64,000 nt of DNA from Alphaproteobacteria bacterium (GTDB taxonomy: Bacteria; Pseudomonadota; Alphaproteobacteria; Rickettsiales; SXRF01), in assembly GCA_020049775.1 (NCBI GenBank), contig JAGVLO010000013.1, positions 37,256-101,255 on the forward strand. The letters are read 5' to 3'. Made by a program: the position numbers and the translations under genes. Position 1 is the stretch's first letter, and the number at the start of each line of letters is the position of its first letter. Of the stretch, positions 58,983 to 64,000 are shown piece by piece. The notes beneath the pieces are model-generated. The model saw only the letters and a list, made by a program, of their open reading frames with translations. It searched no databases and was not told the DNA's origin.

Positions 58983-59189
58983 ATGATACAGGGCATTTCA
59001 CAGGACAGTATTCTTCGCCTACCAAGAGTAAAAGAAATTACTGGTTTAAGCCGTTCCAGCATTTATATGGCCATAAAACAAGGCCGCTTCCCAAAACATA
59101 TTGCGCTTGATGGACGTAGTGTGGGGTGGCTGGAGTCTGAGGTCAGGCAGTGGCTTACTGACCGTATTAATGCAAGTCGTACAGCATAG
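58983..59189 (+). CDS. alpA: AlpA-family transcriptional regulator / excisionase-like HTH protein
   Basis: 68 aa. ILRLPRVKEITGLSRSSIYMAIKQGRFPKHIALDGRSVGWLESEVRQWL is the typical AlpA/MerR-like HTH. Confidence 0.8.
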   Translation: MIQGISQDSILRLPRVKEITGLSRSSIYMAIKQGRFPKHIALDGRSVGWLESEVRQWLTDRINASRTA

Positions 59190-59336
59190 ATAAAATTCTG
59201 AGCAAAGAAGTATTTCCCACTTCTTATTGCCAGCGCACCGTGGTGAGCTATAGAAGCAGTCCTTACGGGCTATCATTGATAGTTGATGTGGTTCTAGTAG
59301 CCTTGGCAAACGCTACATAAAAAAATTGCCTAGGGG

Positions 59337-60467
59337 TTGTGGGTGTCTTTACTTCACGTAGAAGCCTTCCGCACCGCTAATAGGCTGCATGTGGCTAATA
59401 GCATAGCTGATGCTCCCAGTGTTCTAAACACTAAATCAGAGAGAGATTGGAGTATAGCAGAATCAGGCTTTGCTCTAAGATTGATAAGCATTTTAGATTT
59501 TGATTATTTTGTAAAAGCACGTGTTGATTTTGGTAAGATTTCTCACGGGTTACCATTATTGATAGATACTTCTAAATCCCCTATCCACATAGTTTTAGAT
59601 AGTGATGGTTCTACGGTTGCAACAATTCTAAAACTATTTGAGACTGATTATTCTAGTATTACCAGTTTGATTAAGGATTTTGTTAGAACTAGTATTTTTA
59701 CACAAATAGCAAATTTGGTTCCAAGCAGTACTAGACAAGGTGCAGAAGCTTTTTTGAAGGCCATCCGCCGTCCGAGAGAGATTTTTGAAATAGATACATC
59801 TGACCTTGGAACGCTACAAGATATTTGGTCAAGTTATTTAGAAGGCACAATTACACTGAGCGAAGCAGCAAGCCAATCTGCACAGGCGGCGCAACAAAAT
59901 TTTCAAGTTGTGGATACAGCCTCGGCTAATACTATGGCTAATGTTTTGCCAGATATTCTAGAGAATGATAAAGTAATTCAAAATGGCTCACTTGAACAAT
60001 CATTGGAAGCCTTACCTGCCATCACAAGAATGGATAAAGAAAGCAACGCAAAGCTTTTGACTATTCCCGATACAGAGCCTGCCTTAAAAGGCTATAGATG
60101 CTTTATTGCAATGATTGACCGCATCAGAACTACAGAAGGGGAGTTCTTTCTTCAACCACATAAGACTGAAATTGTATGGGGTGGACAAAAGGCACTTTAT
60201 ATTTTTCAGCATCATTCACAAACATTCGGTCTTTATTATGAATTACAAGCAAATGAAGTGTTAGCTAATGAATCAGGAGGTGGAGCATTTCCAACTTGTA
60301 CTATTGTAATTAAAGATAAGATATACATCCCAGTACCTGACATTATTAGAAAAAGCTTCATTCCTGAAGCTAACAATAAGAAGCGCTTTGAAGTCAGGTC
60401 GCAGCTTTTATATCCTGATACCGAAGTAAATCAGGAAGACGAAAGTATAGCCAAGAAAGTAGGTTGA
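59337..60467 (+). CDS. Island hypothetical protein (about 375 aa)
   Basis: Long AT-rich ORF with no in-frame ATG near the 5' end. The start is TTG 59337 or GTG 59343, after AGGGG. No motif recognised. Confidence 0.5.
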   Translation: MWVSLLHVEAFRTANRLHVANSIADAPSVLNTKSERDWSIAESGFALRLISILDFDYFVKARVDFGKISHGLPLLIDTSKSPIHIVLDSDGSTVATILKLFETDYSSITSLIKDFVRTSIFTQIANLVPSSTRQGAEAFLKAIRRPREIFEIDTSDLGTLQDIWSSYLEGTITLSEAASQSAQAAQQNFQVVDTASANTMANVLPDILENDKVIQNGSLEQSLEALPAITRMDKESNAKLLTIPDTEPALKGYRCFIAMIDRIRTTEGEFFLQPHKTEIVWGGQKALYIFQHHSQTFGLYYELQANEVLANESGGGAFPTCTIVIKDKIYIPVPDIIRKSFIPEANNKKRFEVRSQLLYPDTEVNQEDESIAKKVG

Positions 60468-60587
60468 AAGTGGCCTATTAGCTAGCAGTGACAAAGTGCG
60501 GTAACGGGGTATTTTTCGGGGTATGCGGTTTTTCCACTTTTGGATTGTTTAGTCTATTCAATATGCTATTGAATCATTGTGGATTCA

Positions 60588-60599
60588 GCCTCCCCACCA
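60588..60599 (+). repeat. Candidate attR core (degenerate copy of the tRNA-Tyr 3' end)
   Basis: GCCTCCCCACCA compared with tRNA GCCTCCTCCACCA, a difference of one missing T. It lies at the point where AT-rich DNA ends. Confidence 0.4.
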
Positions 60600-60640
60600 A
60601 ATTTTCCTGTGTCAGGGATATTTTCTGTAAAAGCTACGCT

Positions 60641-61033
60641 TCAGAGTTGCGGGCATTGTTTCAGCGCGGCGAGTTGTGTCAACTCATCCTGCCTCTGATA
60701 TCCTTGGGTAATGGCTTCGCGCTCTCTTTTATTTCCCTCTGCCGCGGCCAGCGGGACCACAAAAAAGGCGCCAAAATAACCCGCCACCTGATTTTGCGTG
60801 CGGTTGGATTCAATTTCACTATGCGCACTTTCACGGGTTTTGGATATTTGCTGCTGTTGTGCTGTAATGTCGGTACAACTCAGGCTCAGGTCAGCGCCCG
60901 AGAAAGCCTTATCCGATAATGATTGGCTTGAGCCGACTGATGTCGTGTCAGGAGGCAATGGCGGCGCTGATGTAGCGCAGCCAGCAAGCATTATTGCTGC
61001 CGTAACATTTATAAGCCTGTTATTTGAAAACAA
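60641..61033 (-). CDS. Putative lipoprotein (131 aa, TTG start)
   Basis: From the TTG, the N-terminus MFSNNRLINVTAAIMLAGC gives a proper signal peptide plus lipobox. The longer ORF-track start (61120) lies inside the upstream gene. Confidence 0.5.
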   Translation of the reverse strand: MFSNNRLINVTAAIMLAGCATSAPPLPPDTTSVGSSQSLSDKAFSGADLSLSCTDITAQQQQISKTRESAHSEIESNRTQNQVAGYFGAFFVVPLAAAEGNKREREAITQGYQRQDELTQLAALKQCPQL

Positions 61034-61403
61034 CAGCCCGGCCTTTCCCGTCCATGCTGCCCCAGCTAAGGGCGCTGACTCCCACGGTGCCATAACGCAC
61101 AAGCACCACGGCATCGGCACCCATGCTTGCGGCCTTTTCTTTCAGCGCTGCCGCAACTTTTTCTTTTGTCGGATCGCTGTCAAAAATGGTCCATTTACTG
61201 ACGGTCACTTCAATATCACCCAATGATTCATAGCGCTTATTGGTAATGTCTTTTTCGCTTATAATAACAGAGTCGGGTGATTTTTCAGCCAGCTTGGCGG
61301 GGGTACGATTGGCCGTTGGTTCTACTGATGCAGATGTTCTTGTGCCGCAATTGCTAAGCATCAAAGCTGCCATAATCAAAAAAATAATTTTTTGAGTTTT
61401 CAT
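61020..61403 (-). CDS. Putative lipoprotein (127 aa)
   Basis: MKTQKIIFLIMAALMLSNC is a signal peptide plus lipobox. ATG at 61403. Confidence 0.6.
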   Translation of the reverse strand: MKTQKIIFLIMAALMLSNCGTRTSASVEPTANRTPAKLAEKSPDSVIISEKDITNKRYESLGDIEVTVSKWTIFDSDPTKEKVAAALKEKAASMGADAVVLVRYGTVGVSALSWGSMDGKGRAVVFK

Positions 61404-61662
61404 ATCATCTCCAAAAATCAATAACCCGTGACTGCTTGTTTCTAAATAAGCAGCGCGCAATAAGCAAGAGTAATTGACGGTTCAATACATGCCTATGGGG
61501 GTAGCGGGAGTTAATTCGCTGTTTATGCAGTTGTGCCAGAAAATGACTTATAGAAATGATTTATACATAAATTATTACGTTAACGAAAATTTATGTAAAA
61601 TAGATTCTAATGACGGCGCCGAATTTCTAATAAAAACAAGGTATAACTCAGGAAGGTTTTAC

Positions 61663-62949
61663 ATGGCTGCATATTCAAAATTACTATTATTACTTGTGCT
61701 GCTGCTGCCATTCCCTGCATTCGCAGCGGATATTAACAGCGGTGATACAGCATGGATGCTGATATCGACAGCATTGGTCTTACTCATGATTCCCGGTCTG
61801 GCTTTCTTCTATGCTGGCATGGTCCGCAGGAAGAATGCGGTATCAACACTCTACCAGAACGTCATCGCTATGGGCGTGATCGGCATGGTGTGGGCTGTTG
61901 CCGGATACAGTCTGGCCTTTTCAGCAGGCTCTGAATGGATTGGCGACATGACATATGCGATGCTTGTGGGAGTTGAGCAGGCCCCCGTAGATGCGAACGC
62001 CACGATTCCGCATCTTGTATTCATGATGTTCCAGATGATGTTCGCAATCATCACACCTGCGCTGATTGTCGGTGCGTTTGCTGAACGAGTCCGCTTCACC
62101 TCATGGCTGCTGATATTGGTACTCTGGAGTGTGGTTGTCTATTCGCCAGTCGCGCATTGGGTGTGGACGCCGGGTGGTTGGCTTGCCAAGAGCGGCGCGC
62201 TGGATTTTGCCGGCGGCTTTGTCGTGCATATGACCGCAGGCTATTCTGCGCTTGTTGCTGCTATCATGTTTGGTAAACGCCGTGATTTTGGTCAGGCGCA
62301 CAAGCCGTATGACGTAGGTATGATCGTACTCGGCACGGCGCTTCTGTGGTTCGGCTGGTTCGGCTTCAATGCCGGTTCGGCGCTTAGCTCCGGCGGTCTT
62401 GCTTCACAGGCTTTTGCCAACACCTTCCTTTCTGCAGCCGCCGCGCTGCTGATGTGGACGCTGGTTGACAAAATCAAGGACGGCAAGCCAACAACGATGG
62501 GTGGCTGTATTGGTATTGTTGCAGGTCTGGTAGCCATAACTCCGGCTGCTGGCTATGTCAGCACCAGCATAGCCATTGCAATCGGCGTTCTCGCCGGTAG
62601 CGTGTGCAATATCGTTGCACGTATGGTTAAGGGACAATTCAAGATTGATGATACGCTTGATGTATTTGCTTGCCACGGTATTGGCGGCACCATCGGTATT
62701 ATCATGACGGGATTGTTCGCCAGCAAGGCAATCAATGCTGCTGGTGCAGATGGTATGTTCAATGGCGGTGATACGCTATTTACTGCGAATCTCACCGGTG
62801 CGTTTGCTGTTGCCATTTACAGCATGGTGGCCACATTTATCATCATCAAAGTGGTGAATGTGATTTCACCGGTACGTGTATCAGATAAGGACGAAGTTGC
62901 CGGCCTTGACGATACCCAGCATGGTGAAGTTATCAATAGCAATGCTTAA
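61663..62949 (+). CDS. amtB: Ammonium transporter
   Basis: Signal peptide, then DTAWMLISTALVLLMIPGLAFFYAG, AGGFVVH and VFACHGIGG motifs. ATG 61663 is preceded by AGGAAGG. The ORF-track start 61474 is too far upstream. Confidence 0.9.
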   Translation: MAAYSKLLLLLVLLLPFPAFAADINSGDTAWMLISTALVLLMIPGLAFFYAGMVRRKNAVSTLYQNVIAMGVIGMVWAVAGYSLAFSAGSEWIGDMTYAMLVGVEQAPVDANATIPHLVFMMFQMMFAIITPALIVGAFAERVRFTSWLLILVLWSVVVYSPVAHWVWTPGGWLAKSGALDFAGGFVVHMTAGYSALVAAIMFGKRRDFGQAHKPYDVGMIVLGTALLWFGWFGFNAGSALSSGGLASQAFANTFLSAAAALLMWTLVDKIKDGKPTTMGGCIGIVAGLVAITPAAGYVSTSIAIAIGVLAGSVCNIVARMVKGQFKIDDTLDVFACHGIGGTIGIIMTGLFASKAINAAGADGMFNGGDTLFTANLTGAFAVAIYSMVATFIIIKVVNVISPVRVSDKDEVAGLDDTQHGEVINSNA

Positions 62950-62973
62950 TCATTGTAAATACTAACTAAAGCA

Positions 62974-63006
62974 GGGGCGCCACTTTTGTGGCGCCCTTTC
63001 TTTTTT
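62974..63006 (+). terminator. Rho-independent terminator after amtB
   Basis: GGGGCGCCAC-TTTT-GTGGCGCCC followed by TTTCTTTTTT. Confidence 0.9.
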
Positions 63007-63071
63007 ACGTCCATTACTAATCATTTTGAGATATAATATGCTTGTGATAACCCGTAGCCGGCAGCTGTGTA

Positions 63072-63986
63072 ATGCAGTCAAAACCTAAACCTAAAATCAG
63101 TTTCTGCACCACTTGTATGGGAAGGCTTCCGCACCTCAAGGAAACCTTGACCCAAAATATCAAAGATAACGCAGATAACCCGGACGTTCAGTTCGTGGTG
63201 GTCAATTACGGCGCAGAGGCAGAGACGGAAAACTGGATAAGGGATACGTTTCAGGCAGAGATAAAATCCGGCCTACTAAAATATATTTCCTTTCCTGGCC
63301 CGAAGCATTTTCAAGTGTCACATGCGAAAAATGTCGCCCATATGATGGGTGATGGTGAAATCGTGTGCAATGTTGATGCCGACCAATTTATCGGAAAAGA
63401 TTTCGCCCGTTTTGCTATCGAAAAATTTGATGAGGCGCGAAAAGACGGCCAACATATTTACCTGCGCCTGAGTACGCAAGGCACGCACGACCCCGAAAAA
63501 GCGCAAGGGGCGGGACGTATTGCCGTACTCAAAAAAGACTTCATCCGTATGCGTGGATATGACGAACACCGGCGCGGCTGGACGGCGGAAGATTCCAACC
63601 TTGTCATGCGCATGATGCTAAAATCCATGCGACATGAGGTTATCCCAAGGGATATGATTCACGGCATTGTGCATGACGATGATATGAGGGTTGCCAATTT
63701 TGATGACGAAGCCAAGGCAAGCTCGCGCAAGAAACTGGCCATGTATGTGAAGCAGGATGATGCGGTGGCCGGCATGTCGCGCTGGGGTGCGTTTGCTTAC
63801 AAGGCTTTTACGCGTTCGGGCGAGATTATTGATACGTTGATGAACACGGTGGTCAACAAGCGCGGTTTTGCGGTCGCCGATGTGTATGTGAATTTCTCGG
63901 AAACGCCTGAGAAATCCGGCATTGGCAAGGGTTCAATGGCAAATGATATCCTATCGCGTGATGACGACGCAAAGCGCAACCGCTAG
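63072..63986 (+). CDS. Putative GT-A-fold glycosyltransferase
   Basis: The N-terminal ISFCTTCMGRLPHLKETL...VVVNYG pattern and the DxD-like VDADQF motif suggest a family-2-like glycosyltransferase. Confidence 0.5.
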   Translation: MQSKPKPKISFCTTCMGRLPHLKETLTQNIKDNADNPDVQFVVVNYGAEAETENWIRDTFQAEIKSGLLKYISFPGPKHFQVSHAKNVAHMMGDGEIVCNVDADQFIGKDFARFAIEKFDEARKDGQHIYLRLSTQGTHDPEKAQGAGRIAVLKKDFIRMRGYDEHRRGWTAEDSNLVMRMMLKSMRHEVIPRDMIHGIVHDDDMRVANFDDEAKASSRKKLAMYVKQDDAVAGMSRWGAFAYKAFTRSGEIIDTLMNTVVNKRGFAVADVYVNFSETPEKSGIGKGSMANDILSRDDDAKRNR

Positions 63987-64000
63987 CGCTCATAAATCAT

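Larger units (their letters stand above)
56779..60599 (+). mobile_element. Small integrative island at the 3' end of tRNA-Tyr (int, ORF, alpA, ORF)
   Basis: Begins directly after the tRNA. P4-type integrase plus AlpA. The cargo is visibly more AT-rich than the surroundings. The tRNA 3' core GCCTCCTCCACCA (56766-56778) recurs as GCCTCCCCACCA at 60588-60599. GGGGTAT motifs cluster at both ends. Confidence 0.6.

Noticed and set aside
60488-60919. A plus-strand 143-aa ORF between the island and the lipoprotein genes.
   Set aside because: It overlaps the better-supported minus-strand lipoprotein gene, it is Cys/Phe-rich with odd composition, and it starts inside the att/arm-site region.

Overview
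The window looks like an alphaproteobacterial chromosome segment centred on the probable replication origin. Evidence is the hemE / DnaA-box cluster / RP001-like PDRP gene arrangement at about 26.9-27.25 kb. Most of the window is core housekeeping. This includes mdh-sucCDAB-lpdA, rho, hemJ-hemH-hemE, aroE-coaE-dnaQ, secB, a Tim44-like gene, mltA, rpoH, purD, xseA, lpxL-lpxK-waaA, pmbA, ribA, rlmN and amtB. It also holds three OmpR-type regulators with two cognate kinases. A tRNA-Tyr is followed by a small AT-rich integrase island of about 3.8 kb with unknown cargo. The standout anomaly is two loci, 5.39-6.63 kb and 34.09-35.22 kb. Each holds a tandem pair of short minus-strand genes whose codons almost all end in G or C. 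The shift to AT-rich or host-like flanks falls exactly at the start and stop codons. Each gene is a self-contained unit of conserved structured leader, Shine-Dalgarno (SD) site, CDS, conserved 3' box and hairpin terminator. Within each pair the noncoding parts are much better conserved than the proteins, and several helices show compensatory or strand-specific G-U changes. Family A encodes single-pass membrane proteins and family B soluble proteins of about 117 aa; I recognise neither. These four cassettes are my best candidate for an undescribed system, but an engineered or chimeric insert cannot be excluded from sequence alone. All calls come from reading the sequence and the ORF track. No database search, folding or statistics were run, so homology assignments rest on recognised motifs and composition statements on direct codon reading.
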